Positions 54,801-63,186 of a DNA stretch of 64,000 nucleotides are shown piece by piece. The notes under the pieces are model-generated. The model saw nothing but the letters and a program-made list of their open reading frames with translations. It did not search any database and was not told the DNA's origin. Position numbers and translations under genes: made by a program. Within the stretch, counting starts at the first letter, position 1. Each line of letters begins with the position of its first letter. The stretch is from Phoronis australis (lineage: Eukaryota; Animalia; Phoronida). The DNA lies in contig NMRA01000299.1 of the NCBI GenBank assembly GCA_002633005.1, positions 186,001 to 250,000 on the forward strand, read 5' to 3'.

Positions 54801-57152
54801 CTGCATCTAAATTTGAAGCACGTTCCAATACCTGAAGCAATTTAGTAAAACTATTTTACTCATTACCAATACCTGCATCCCAATGTATTCTAAAAGCACA
54901 GAAACTTTTACAAGAACTGAATCTTTTTGCACTTATTGATTATGTCTCCCAGTGATTAAGAATTCCAATCAAATAGATGTTGGAATGCCGTGCAGTTACC
55001 GACGAATAAAAATATAAAATAGTAAAACTAGTAAAACTAAAACGACGAGCATCGGTACTAAAATATATTAAAATATCCCCACGTTTCGAGCGATGCGCTT
55101 TTTGTCAAGGGCGTGCTAGACTGCTGAGTACATGAAAATAGATCTAAAATAAAATGGCACAGGAGATGCGAATTTCTGTAGAGAAATTAGACTGTTGTCC
55201 ACTAGGTTCCCTGATAGGGGTTATGAACCACGCTTGGTATCTGACACTCTATCCAAGGTACAATCTATTTCTAGGGAGGAACTCCTGGTCCCTAAGGACC
55301 AGATGAATAAGCAAGATAAGAACATGTTCATTCCATTTGTCACTACCTTTCTTCCCAGTGTGAATAGAACTCTGAATAGGATTTTTGATGAACTCAGTCC
55401 GCTGTAAGACAATGAGTACTTAACTAGGGTTTTCCCCTTGAGGCCCCGTCTGGTCTATAGACATCCTCGCAATCTTAGGAATATGCTAGTTAAAGCAGGT
55501 TTACTAAGTTAAACATAGATCACCAAGAGGCTGGCTCTGTGAGATGTGACAAACCCAGGTGCCTGACCTGCACTCACATATCAGGGGAGTCAGTTGTAAG
55601 TCGCCATGGTGTCTCATATGAGATCAGAGACAAATTCTCATGCTCGAGTGCGGGCATTGTTTATCTTATTAGATGTGGTAAATGTCCCCACGCGTGGTAT
55701 TTTGGGGAGACAGGTAACTCGTCACGCACGAGAATGAACGGCCACGGGCAGACGATCCTTCACAATAATAGGGCAGTCCCCGTTGGGGAACATTTCAACC
55801 TCCCAGGCCATACTACCAGAGACGCCGACGTACTGCTAGTCAAAGGTCGGCTGTCTGACATTTACGCACGTAGAAAATGCGAGGCCGAATTCATCGCAAA
55901 ATTTAACAATCATACCAGAGGCCTAAACAGAGACATAGGGGTTCTGTCTCACTACAAATCTGTAGTGATAGACTCCAGTAGCTACATATGTCTCTGTTTG
56001 GGTCTCTCTCTCATCATACGTAGGCCTACCCCACTGGTAGTTGCTATGTCCTGTAGTGTTCATATTATGTGATCTCCTGTGCCTTTTTATTTTAGATCCA
56101 TCTAAATGTACTCAACAGTCTGTAGCACACCCTTGACAAAGAGCGCATTGCTCAAAACGTGGGGATATTTTAATACATTTTAGTACCGACGCTCGTCGTT
56201 TTAGTTTTACTAGACAAAAGTTTTACTATTTTATACTTTAAGAATTCCTGCAAGTTCTGTAGCCCATATTAGCCGGCCTTGAAGATGCCCTTGTCAGACA
56301 TCTGCGAGACTGCTACGGTAACATCTGTTAGTTGAATTTATAACCATCAGAGCATGTGTTGCAATATTGCCATTGACCAAGAGCAGTGCGACTTAGAATT
56401 TTAATTCATTAAACAAATCGGTAACTCTTGAATAAGTTTCCCCAAAATTGATCCCACGAAATTTGATTGAACTCGGAATCCTGGAAAAATTTGTGTCCAA
56501 TGCAAAAAAAAAATATTAGTAAAAAATAGTCTCAATAAATACTGCAATAATTTCAGGCAATTTTTACTTGGAAATGGCACTTTTGTGTAGAACAGAATAG
56601 AATAGAATGTGCTTCATTCCAGACTTACATTTGTCCGTAATAGCTATACAGTAATGAACTATCCTAACAGCTAAGAGAATTAAACTCTAGAAACCAAATG
56701 AGAAAAAATAAGCTTAAGATAGCATGAATAAAATGAATAAAATATAAAATGATTGAAATCAATACAAATGAATGCAGGATTCTAAACAAATATCGGAGAC
56801 AGTGTACTCATCTCTCATGTGACAATGAATATCAATCAAGAGAGAATAAAACAAACATTAGATGCTTTCAACTTTCTATGGACACCAAGAATGTGTTTGC
56901 AAACTATATGAATTTATTAAAACAGTTCATATTTGTCCACATATAATTACCAAAATCGCCTGTGTCCAGCTGCAGAAGTGCAGTTATGGCTCCATATTCC
57001 AAAATGGCAACTTTGTCATAGGTCATCAACACAATGGAGCGGAGATACGTGCTAACTCGAGACAAAATGGTTGTGGGTACACTGTGAGCTAACTTGTATG
57101 TAAACTTCACCTCTGTTTCATTCAAAGCAGGATTTGCTGGCCAAAATTTTGT
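60..57152 (-). CDS. Multi-exon ROCO protein (MBT-LRR-Roc-COR-TIR, with an N-terminal COR-B-like/UPA-like region); partial at both ends
   Basis: 33 exons with canonical GT-AG boundaries and compatible phases give 4806 nt without a stop. Roc motifs: GLGGAGKTS, WDFAGQ, GTHAD. Also COR, LRR, MBT and TIR-like motifs. Exons upstream of the MBT are less certain. Confidence 0.9.
652..890. repeat. Fold-back inverted repeat (arms of about 112 bp) with a hammerhead-like motif in each arm
   Basis: 652-763 is the reverse complement of 779-890 with few mismatches; 15 bp spacer. Confidence 0.92.
829..875 (+). ncRNA. Minimal type I hammerhead-ribozyme-like motif (variant core)
   Basis: GGC-CTGATGA-A-GTCC..GGAC-GTAC-CGTA-GCC. 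Stems I and II are present but GAAA is altered; the mirror copy reads GTAA. Confidence 0.45.
1934..2132 (-). CDS. ROCO exon, start of TIR-like domain (DFFMLYCGED...IDPRRLKTDLEELGHKV)
   Basis: Lies within ORF 1930..2154; cag acceptor, gtaagt donor; phases match. Confidence 0.85.
3220..3453. repeat. 21-bp minisatellite (ATAATGAGACCCACCAYAAAC), about 11 copies
   Basis: Direct tandem repeat visible in the sequence. Confidence 0.95.
4043..4163 (-). CDS. ROCO exon, post-COR (SSYMEPCMIAASKIRRASELKATFLQCDSYFHTLSLPELH)
   Basis: cag acceptor, gtatgt donor; phase 0 to 1. Confidence 0.85.
5583..5736 (-). CDS. ROCO exon, COR-B (LEVKVQGSHPDNMLYLIYDVFATLVKESFHGVHYDYQIPCLDC)
   Basis: tag acceptor, gtaagt donor; COR C-terminal CxxC motif. 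Confidence 0.9.
6082..6179 (-). CDS. ROCO exon, COR-B (VRLYHFSDNSSLIWKTGAILKKGGQIALIKQT)
   Basis: cag acceptor, gtatgt donor; WxxG COR motif. Confidence 0.9.
6708..6809 (-). CDS. ROCO exon, COR (FQWPEIEDLSGNIRETKMIFLFDYLPSGLFNRAQ)
   Basis: cag acceptor, gtatgg donor; LPxGLFxR motif. Confidence 0.9.
7145..7335 (+). mobile_element. 3' fragment of the pearl/Helentron-like repeat
   Basis: Similar to 17200-17410 and 11480-11680. Confidence 0.7.
8283..10973. mobile_element. Non-autonomous TIR DNA transposon (P-element-like), 7-bp TSD
   Basis: TIR CAGGCTTTCAAGC/GCTTGAAAGCCTG; TSD GTTTAGG at 8276-8282 and 10974-10980; subterminal AAAAGTAGG repeats. Confidence 0.85.
8487..10807 (-). mobile_element. 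Degenerate Academ-like DNA transposon (XPG/FEN1-like nuclease remnant)
   Basis: Imperfect TIRs of about 250-290 bp (AGCAAGACTTTATTCAC...). Minus-strand remnants EADIRVILH...SDTDIL, GLHTFIGCDY and IPPCEVELALHMDRS..W...GW. Confidence 0.72.
11931..12095 (-). CDS. ROCO exon, COR-A (DGRFFHADIGAVW...LVPCLLSDSEPE)
   Basis: Lies within ORF 11877..12113; cag acceptor, gtttgt donor. Confidence 0.9.
12635..12781 (-). CDS. ROCO exon, COR-A (AVTFLNDLGTI...VVVNPQWIVDVM)
   Basis: Typical COR FLxDLG and PQW motifs; cag acceptor, gtaaac donor. Confidence 0.92.
12898..13440. mobile_element. pogo/Tigger-like MITE
   Basis: Imperfect TIR CCGTATTCGCC(C)TAA / TTAGGGCGAATATGG followed by TA; subterminal TAAGCGCCC repeats. 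Confidence 0.7.
14038..14125 (-). CDS. ROCO exon, COR-A (EREQKKLNLIDITDMKNLASEVGIIDETE)
   Basis: cag acceptor, gtaagt donor; phase 2 to 0. Confidence 0.88.
16077..17440 (+). mobile_element. Pearl/HINE (Helentron-like) element spanning the assembly gap
   Basis: Subterminal inverted repeat ATGCGCCCACA/TGTGGGCGCAT, (GGAC)n, 3' hairpin GCGTCCACATATAAATATGTGGGCGC. Confidence 0.85.
16279..17149. other. Assembly gap (871 N)
   Basis: Run of N. Confidence 1.
18204..18310 (-). CDS. ROCO exon, Roc-COR junction (NIDELQEHVIQTALQQPYMGEQIPAVW)
   Basis: MGEQIPxxW linker motif; cag acceptor, gtaagt donor. Confidence 0.92.
19213..19302 (-). CDS. ROCO exon, Roc G5 region (KRFPQIAGFHYVSCFTGL)
   Basis: cag acceptor, gtaagt donor; VSCxTG motif. 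Confidence 0.92.
21345..21491 (-). CDS. ROCO exon, Roc (FFLSDRAVYLLVWN...APILVVGTHADQ)
   Basis: G4 GTHAD motif; tag acceptor, gtgagt donor. Confidence 0.95.
22380..22551 (-). CDS. ROCO exon, Roc switch I/II (VTDGIDI...WDFAGQTVYYNTHQ)
   Basis: G2 and G3 motifs; tag acceptor, gtattt donor. Confidence 0.95.
22577..23595. repeat. 509-bp direct duplication joined by a single N at 23086
   Basis: 22577-23085 versus 23087-23595, few substitutions. Confidence 0.95.
23947..24112 (-). CDS. ROCO exon, LRR cap and Roc P-loop (LKTPPREIV...KLMMVGLGGAGKTS)
   Basis: PPxEI motif and Walker A; tag acceptor, gtatga donor. Confidence 0.95.
27084..30196. mobile_element. Non-autonomous hAT-like DNA transposon, 8-bp TSD
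   Basis: Termini CATAGAC...GTCTATG; subterminal inverted CCATATTGGAGAGTGTTAC; TSD GATGAAAC at 27076-27083 and 30197-30204. Confidence 0.85.
28846..29221. mobile_element. GC-rich MITE(s) nested in the hAT-like element
   Basis: Outer CAATGGCGGATTTAG / CTGGATCCGCCCCTG; inner CATGAGCGCACCCAG / CTGGGTGCGCGCATG (about 28952-29172). Confidence 0.65.
31519..31725 (-). CDS. ROCO exon, LRRs (LKNLATLFLSYHAIAEIP...LAELYLRHNPLLVTIP)
   Basis: LxxLxLxxN repeats; tag acceptor, gtgaat donor. Confidence 0.92.
32472..32595 (-). CDS. ROCO exon, EF-hand-like insert (FITEIFQQCDVNHKQILSTDEIHLLN)
   Basis: cag acceptor, gtagag donor; supplies the phase 0 to 1 bridge needed between the flanking LRR exons. Confidence 0.82.
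34142..34308 (-). CDS. ROCO exon, LRR and helical insert (ITKLTNLEMLGVSG...)
   Basis: cag acceptor, gtaaga donor; phase 1 to 0. Confidence 0.88.
35058..35574 (-). CDS. ROCO exon, LRR array
   Basis: Lies within ORF 35032..35619; several LxxLxLxxNxLxxLP repeats; cag acceptor, gtgagt donor. Confidence 0.95.
36446..36508 (-). CDS. ROCO exon (DMCKLLKRQMFIMHVYELAGQ)
   Basis: cag acceptor, gtaatt donor; symmetric phase 0; no motif support. Confidence 0.6.
38318..38389 (-). CDS. ROCO exon (QFLPTLWKPAMEREADYSLEQLHE)
   Basis: tag acceptor, gtgaga donor; symmetric phase 0. Confidence 0.65.
38980..39119 (-). CDS. ROCO exon (VSQYHTVHASRDVL...YLFKSSKT)
   Basis: cag acceptor, gtaagt donor; phase 1 to 0. 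Confidence 0.75.
39630..40190 (+). repeat. Dispersed repeat, uninterrupted copy
   Basis: Matches 15905-16076 plus 17441-17810. Confidence 0.75.
40250..40372. repeat. (GACA)n/(GA)n microsatellite
   Basis: Visible directly. Confidence 0.95.
40454..40654 (-). CDS. ROCO exon (MTKLFEESRLGF...SELHLAKWRLPVCCSSL)
   Basis: ORF 40446..40652; cag acceptor, gtaagt donor; phase 1 to 1. Confidence 0.8.
40794..40899 (-). CDS. ROCO exon (SQHLDCPVHPLLTSFTYG...NQIE)
   Basis: tag acceptor, gtaagt donor; phase 0 to 1. Confidence 0.72.
41461..41537 (-). CDS. ROCO exon, MBT arm (KKPFTWESYLKEVNAEPIPYSFFKE)
   Basis: FxWxxYL...A..P..F MBT motif; tag acceptor, gtatgt donor. Confidence 0.9.
41942..42121 (-). CDS. 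ROCO exon, MBT core (IQIYFDGWTDTYTYW...DLHPIGW...LQPP)
   Basis: FDGW, HPIGW and LQPP MBT motifs. Confidence 0.92.
42761..42814. repeat. (CA)n microsatellite
   Basis: Visible directly. Confidence 0.97.
44717..44964. mobile_element. MITE with CATGCRCGCACCCAG TIRs
   Basis: TIR CATGCACGCACCCAG / CTGGGTGTGCGCATG; internal sequence shared with 28952-29172. Confidence 0.8.
45325..45412 (-). CDS. ROCO exon, MBT start (GMRLEARDKKTPSLICVATV)
   Basis: Matches the GMKLEAxD..P..ICVATV MBT consensus; cag acceptor, gtatgt donor. Confidence 0.92.
46118..46255 (-). CDS. ROCO exon (ANIILFRNGSVVATDNCEGSSVTFEVKVF...)
   Basis: cag acceptor, gttagt donor; phase 0; a second frame is also open. Confidence 0.7.
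46347..48026 (+). mobile_element. Pearl/HINE-like element with an expanded internal repeat array
   Basis: ~150 bp subunits in a ~450 bp higher-order period (46961, 47415, 47860); GGAC repeats; 3' hairpin missing. Confidence 0.82.
48260..48391 (-). CDS. ROCO exon (LEGAANNFLNRPVYSGKFHIYV...YLCCLK)
   Basis: cag acceptor, weak gtcaat donor; ORF 48182..48391. Confidence 0.68.
48712..48793 (-). CDS. ROCO exon (SGEKDKMCEIMDGQGHFEVVHTQGVEQ)
   Basis: ttttacag acceptor, gtttgt donor; phase 2 to 0. Confidence 0.75.
49463..49674 (-). CDS. ROCO exon (NMWRELHPAPFVDVVYNV...VDITVSTTLR)
   Basis: ORF 49459..49671; cag acceptor, gtaaca donor. Confidence 0.78.
51349..51523. repeat. 22-bp minisatellite (GATGGTGAGGCATGGTGTTTGY), about 8 copies
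   Basis: Direct tandem repeat. Confidence 0.93.
52145..52245 (-). CDS. ROCO exon (PIIKFVEEHDYDHEDNPACIHCGQNSLENSLFK)
   Basis: cag acceptor, gtaggt donor; phase 1 to 0; CxxC. Confidence 0.72.
52440..53650 (+). mobile_element. Degenerate 5'-truncated LINE (RT C-terminal part and Cys/His knuckle)
   Basis: LAEFCKSWGMQVNLKKTKVIVF, LCYGTEIWG and LRCSNH...ENRLC remnants with stops; partially duplicated at 59868-60590. Confidence 0.8.
54501..54674 (-). CDS. ROCO exon, COR-B-like (TDSTLHVTYRFVLPPG...GVYFNQTHNGG)
   Basis: cag acceptor, gtatat donor; phase 1 to 1. Confidence 0.78.
54967..56237 (+). mobile_element. 5'-truncated Penelope-like retroelement (GIY-YIG endonuclease) with inverted terminal repeats
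   Basis: CDKPRCLTC...IVYLIRCGKC...YFGET...RMNGH...VGEHFN. 54967-55166 is inverted relative to 56072-56237. TSD TTAAGAATTCC at 54956-54966 and 56238-56248. In-frame stops present. Confidence 0.92.
56951..57152 (-). CDS. ROCO exon, COR-B-like (TKFWPANPALNETEVKFTYKLAHSVPTTILSRV...ALLQLD)
   Basis: cag acceptor, gtaatt donor; resembles the W...Y.F..LP.G.F.R COR pattern. Confidence 0.75.
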
Positions 57153-57635
57153 CTGGAAATTAATAAATATCAAAAATCCTTGTACAATAGAAACATTAAC
57201 TTGATATGAATACTTGAAGGCCTGTTCTAAGTCCATTCTAAGGCTTCAAAACCAAATCATAAAAAAGTTACATTTTGACTCAGACAGATTTACGCAGCAA
57301 ACACACAACACTAAGGTAACTCTTTTGCCCAGTCCACATAACTCTGTTCTCATGTTTTGAAAAAAAAAATAATCACTCTCTTCTGTCCACGTATCCACTG
57401 AATTCGAAAACCACTGAAAAAAAACTTTTTGAAAATGCAAAGGATACAATTTCTGTTCACACGAAAGTATCTACTGAATTCGAAAATGAAAAATCCAAAC
57501 TTCTGAAAATGCTCTACAGAGTGGGATTTGTAATCTTTTCTTTTACACATATAACTTCTACCCACAAACAAAAATGCACATTTAGTGGAATCGCTGACAC
57601 GTTGGTTCTACTAGTATATCTTTGTGAACTGGCAA

Positions 57636-58933
57636 CAAGAGTAACGCAGAGCATTGAAATGCGCCCATGAATGCACCGCAAATAAAGTGCTTCAGAATCT
57701 AGAGTTGTTCATTTCTATCATAAAATGGCCACTAGATGGTGCAAAACGTCCAATCCATCTGAAAATGGTACACGCCACCCCTTCTTTAATAGAACGTTAT
57801 TCCCCAAATTTCATAAAAATCTGTCAACAAACTTCCGAGAAACAAAGGAAAGCGGAAAAAATGAAATTCCCACAAGTGGACACTGCGTCTGCCTCAAAGT
57901 CGTCGTCTATTGTTAGCTTCATACAAATACACTTACAAAATTAAATAAAGATCCTGCAGTGGGTTCAGGAGATATAGCTATGGCCACAAAACCACCACTA
58001 GGAGGTGCCACAGTAACCGAAGTTATCAGCGTAACCGTCCTCTTCACACTGAGTACATGCCAATTTTCAAAATCATCCTTACAATGGTTTGGTTGATAGA
58101 GGGGTGGACTCGAAAACAGTATACATGACAACTAGGTGGCACAAAATACCTCAAATTCATATGAAAATGGGAGGATAGCGTAACCGCAACAATACATGCC
58201 TATATTCCAAACTTTATGAAATTCCGTTGAGGACCTTTGAATATACAGAGGTAAACATAAAAAACTAAAATTGCCACTAGTGGGGGACACTGGTGGTCAG
58301 ATCCCTGCTAAAGTCATCGTCGTTCATTGTCAAAACCATATAAATTAAAATATACTTGCTAAATTTAGTAAAGATCATTCAAACTGTTTAGGAGATACAG
58401 CCATGGCCACAAAAAGACACAAAACTGCCACTAGGAGGCGCCATAGTAGTCGAAGTCGTCGGAAAATCATTGTCAGCCATCCTCTTCATGGTTAGAACAT
58501 ACAAGTCAATTTTCACAATCATCCTTAGAGCAGTTTGGTTGATAGAGGGGTGGACGCCAAAAAACAGACTCGAAAACAGTAAAAATGGCCACTGGGTGGC
58601 GCAAACCACGTCGAATCCATCCGAAAACGAGAGGATAATTTCATCTCACTAATAGATGCCTATGGCTATATTCCAAATTTTATGAAACTACGTTGAGGAC
58701 TTCCAGAAATACAGAGGTAAGCCTAAAAAAATAAAATTGCCACTAGGGGGCACACCAGTAGTTAGAGAGGTCCGAAATTCCTCGTCATCTGTTGTCAGCT
58801 TCATAGGACCACAAGTGCCAAATCTCATCAAGATCCTGTTAGTGGTTTAGGAGATACAGCTGCGGACGCCGGACGCCCGGACAGACAGAGATGACGGCAA
58901 TATGTGACCACATATAAATATGTGGGCGCATAA
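57636..58933 (+). mobile_element. Complete pearl/HINE-like element
   Basis: AA|CAAGAG...ATGCGCCCA 5' end; tandem core; 3' CCACATATAAATATGTGG hairpin and GCGCAT|AA. Confidence 0.85.
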
Positions 58934-59310
58934 AAACACAACTTCTTCACTATTCTGACATCACCTTTGTACGACCAAATTTGTGAGGATGGAAAACTTT
59001 GAATCCCTTTTACATTGTATTGGCATATTCATGTGGGTGGAGAATTTAACAAAAGTCATAAAAAAACAGAGAACTTGTGTTCAAAACATGAAACAAAAGT
59101 TACATTTTCAAATGAGTTATGTGGACAGAGCCTTAGAGACGGCACTAAAACATTTAAAAATAGCCAAAACCATTTTTCAGGATCTGGGTGTAACTTTCAT
59201 GAAACACCATGAAAAATTGGAATGCTTACCATAGCGATAAAACTCAATGGTACCTAGTAAAGTCTTTTAGAGGTCAAATAGTTGAATTTCGTATCTAGTA
59301 TGTAGCTAAC

Positions 59311-59825
59311 TTTTACAAACTAATGAAAGTATGGAAAGCTAAGAAACTCTCGCTGAAAACAAAATTGAGATTGTTCAACTCAAACGTGAAATCAGTACTG
59401 TTATATGGATCAGAGACCTGGACAAACACAAAAACAAACTTCAAGAGACTGAAAACTTTTGTCAATTCATGCCCGAGAAAAAATTTGAGGATACAGTGAC
59501 CAGAAAAGATAAGAAATGAAGAATTGTGGGAAAGAACAGGACAGACACCAGTGGAAGAGGAGATCGGCCGAAGGAAATGGCGCTGGATTGGACATACACT
59601 AAGAAGACCAACAAGTAGCACTTCCAGACACGCATTAAAGTGGAACCCACAGGGTAAACGAAATAGAGGCAGACCACGAATGACCTGGAGAAGATGCATC
59701 ATCGATGACATGGAGAGGTTAGGATACTCGTGGAGACAGCTAGAAAGATTCGCCCAGCACAGAGCAGAATGGAAATCTCTGATTCGTGGCCTATACCCTG
59801 GTAGGGGTGACGGGCACTGATGATG
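59311..59825 (+). mobile_element. 5'-truncated RTE-type LINE 3' end
   Basis: RRKWRWIGHTLRR...WNPQGKRNRGRPRMTWRR; (TGA)n tail; TSD ATGTAGCTAAC at 59300-59310 and 59826-59836. Confidence 0.9.
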
Positions 59826-61443
59826 ATGTAGCTAACCCATTACAAACAATACAAATGAAGTCATGGNTCTGACTGTTTCCTAAATATTTTGTATCATGTA
59901 CAAAATATTGGTCCAAATTACTGGGGATGCCTAGCAATAGCAGCATATGATATGCTTTTTCGGTCAGACCTGATTGGAAGATCTTCTTATAATTGGGCAA
60001 GTTATTAAGTACACTTCCGTCTGCATATGGTTTTTCAGATGTATGGATTAATCAAGCATATTTTAACAGTTTTTCCCAGCATGCCATTGATTGTTATTTG
60101 CAAGGCTGGGAATCTGATATAGAATGTAATGCAAAACTGTCTTGCTATGTGTGTGGGGTTTAAAACAACGTATTGTCTAGAGAATTATTTAAAAATAGTT
60201 AGTGAGATCCCACATGTTTTTATCCAGTCTCTGATTCAATTGCGATGCTCAAATCATTCATAACTTGTGGAAAGAGATCGCCACACAAATATTCCCTATG
60301 AAAATAGGTTGTGTTAGTTATGTAATTCGGGATTTGTAAAGGACAAATATCGCCTGGTGTTAGTTTGCAGTGCGTACCAAGGCCTTCAGGGATTAAGTAC
60401 TTCAGCGGTCATTTTCGTCATTCTTCCACAACATCTAAATTAACTCTCATGAGAACTCCGGATGCCCTACTTCTACCCCACGTCCACCATGCTCTCAAGC
60501 GTCACAATTTATGATCCAGTTTGTAACGCACCTGACAATGTACTGTCCTGCACATGTTATATTTTGGGCCTATGGCCATATGTCAATATTTCAATAAGAT
60601 CTTAAAACATGGTATGAACTGGTTGTACCATTTAATTAGGCCAAACCTCCCAGGATTGAATAGACTTGCAAGCGATTGGATGAATTAAAGTGCACTTAGA
60701 AAATAGACCAATCATTACAGGACTACTGTCATGACATAGCTTGTGAGTTAACTGTTCTAATATGGCTGAGTGCCTATTAAATAGTAAATAGCCGGCACCA
60801 TAATCACGATGCTTTAATCAGCTGTCTGAATTTATGTATTACTCACTTTACAACCTATATGGACACACTCAGATGCAATGAATGAATTCAATGTGAATAT
60901 GTCCCTATAGGTTGTAAACTTAAGTTACTACGACCTATCAAGCTACACCCACACCACAAGTGATGATGTGATTGGCGCTACATTCTGTAGACAAAAGACA
61001 CGCGTAAAAAACGTACAGAATGGAAACAATGAGTTCTATCCCATAATTCAACATTCCAAGATGGCTCACCAATCACTTCACATGTGCGGTCACCATTTCG
61101 TTCGGGTATGGGCACCAAACATACTCCCGAAAACACTTAAAATATTCTACATGTTCTTGCATTATCTTGCTTTTACAAGTTAGAGTTCCTCGTTTCTACA
61201 GAATGCAGTCCTAAAGTTATCAGTGAGCTGCATTTCTGTAATCGACCGGTGGTCCCAATAGCCCAGTTGGACTAAAGCAACTGCATGGTTAGCAGAAAGT
61301 TCCAGGTACGATCCCCACTTAGGACAGAGATCTTTCAGACTACTGTAACAGATAATGTGACTTGACCAACATAGTTACATTATTATTAATGCCTGCACAT
61401 CAACAACATCTTTAACTTTTAAGTTAGTGTTTAAGAAATATAC

Positions 61444-61617
61444 CTCCTCCATTATGGGTTTGATTGAAGTACACTCCTTCTTCGTACAGCACAAACTCCA
61501 CAACAGTGTTAACACGTGTCATGAAAAGCCAATAGGACTCCTTTAGGTCATTCCTCTTGTCTTCCGCACCAGGTGGCAACACAAAACGGTATGTGACATG
61601 AAGTGTGCTGTCAGTGC
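61444..61617 (-). CDS. Duplicate or allelic copy of exon 54501..54674
   Basis: Near-identical sequence and splice sites; one K/E difference. Confidence 0.7.
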
Positions 61618-61920
61618 CTGAAATGTCCAAACATGTGCACCACGTAACATGATTGTATATTGAACTTAATTTCATTATAAGTAATTGATAGTCTCTACTT
61701 TTATATTTTTACAATGTAGACAGATAAAAAAACCTATCTGTATCTGCATCTAAATTTGAAGCACGTTCCAATACCTGAAGCAATTTAGTAAAACCTTGTG
61801 CAACTATTTTACTCATTACCAATACCTGCATCCCAATGTATTCTAAACGCACAGAAACTTTTACAAGAACTGAATCTTTTTGCACTTATTGATTATGTCT
61901 CCCAGTGATTAAGAATTCCT

Positions 61921-63186
61921 ATCAAATAGATGTTGGAATGCCGTGCAGTTACCGACGAATAAAAATATAAAATAGTAAAACTAGTAAAACTAAAACGACG
62001 AGCGTCGGTACTAAAATATATTAAAATATCCCCACGTTTCGAGCGATGCGCTTTTTGTCAAGGGCGTGCTAGACTGCTGAGTACATGTAAATAGATCTAA
62101 AATAAAATGGCACAGGAGATGCGGATTTCTGTAGAGAAATTAGACTGTTGTCCACTAGGTTCCCTGATAGAGGTTATGAACCACGCTTGGTATCTGACAC
62201 TCTATCCAAGGTACAATCTATTTCTAGGGAGGAACTCCTGGTCCCTAAGGACCAGATGAATAAGCAAGATAAGAACATGTTCATTCCATTTGTCTCTACC
62301 TTTCTTCCCAGTGTGAATAGAACTCTGAATAGGATTTTTGATGAACTCAGTCCGCTGTTAGACAATGAGTACTTAACTAGGGTTTTCCCCTTGAGGCCCC
62401 GTCTGGTCTATAGACATCCTCGCAATCTTAGGAATATGCTAGTTAAAGCAGGTTTACTAAGTTAAACATAGATCACCAAGAGGCTGGCTGTATTAGATGT
62501 GACAAACCCAGGTGCCTGACCTGCACTCACATATCAGGGGAGTCAGTTGTAAGTCGCCATGGTGTCTCATATGAGATCAGAGACAAATTCTCATGCTCGA
62601 GTGCGGGAATTGTTTATCTTATTAGATGTGGTAAATGTCCCCATGCGTGGTTTTTTAGGGAGACAGGTAACTCGTTATGCACGAGAATGAACGGCCACGG
62701 GCAGACGATCCTTCACAATAATAGGGCAATCCCCATTGGGGAACATTTCAACCTCCCAGGCCATAGTACCAGTGACGTCGACGTACTGCTAGTCAAAGGC
62801 GGGCTGTCTGACATTTACGCACGAAGAAAATGCGAGGCCGAATTCATCGCAAAATTTAACAATCATGCCAGAGGCCTAAACAGAGACAGGGGTTCTGTCT
62901 CACTACAAATCTGTAGTGATAGACTCCAGTAGCTACATGTCTCTGTTTGAGTCTCTCTCTCATCATACGTAGGCCTACCCCACTGGTAGTTGCTGTGTCC
63001 TGTAGTGTTCATATTATGTGGTCTCCTGTGCCTTTTTATTTTAGATCCACCTAAATGTACTCAACAGTCTGTAGCACACCCTTGACAAAGAGTGCATTGC
63101 TCAAAACATGGGGATATTTTAATACATTTTAGTACCGATGCTCGTCGTTTTAGTTTTACTAGACAAAAGTTTTACTATTCTATATT
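61921..63186 (+). mobile_element. Second copy of the Penelope-like element (inside the duplicated block)
   Basis: Same structure; TSD TTAAGAATTCCT; GIY-YIG region frameshifted. Confidence 0.9.

Noticed and set aside
60-57152. Naming the gene LRRK1/LRRK2 or MFHAS1
   Set aside because: No kinase follows COR and the architecture (MBT, TIR) differs; orthology is not supportable by eye.
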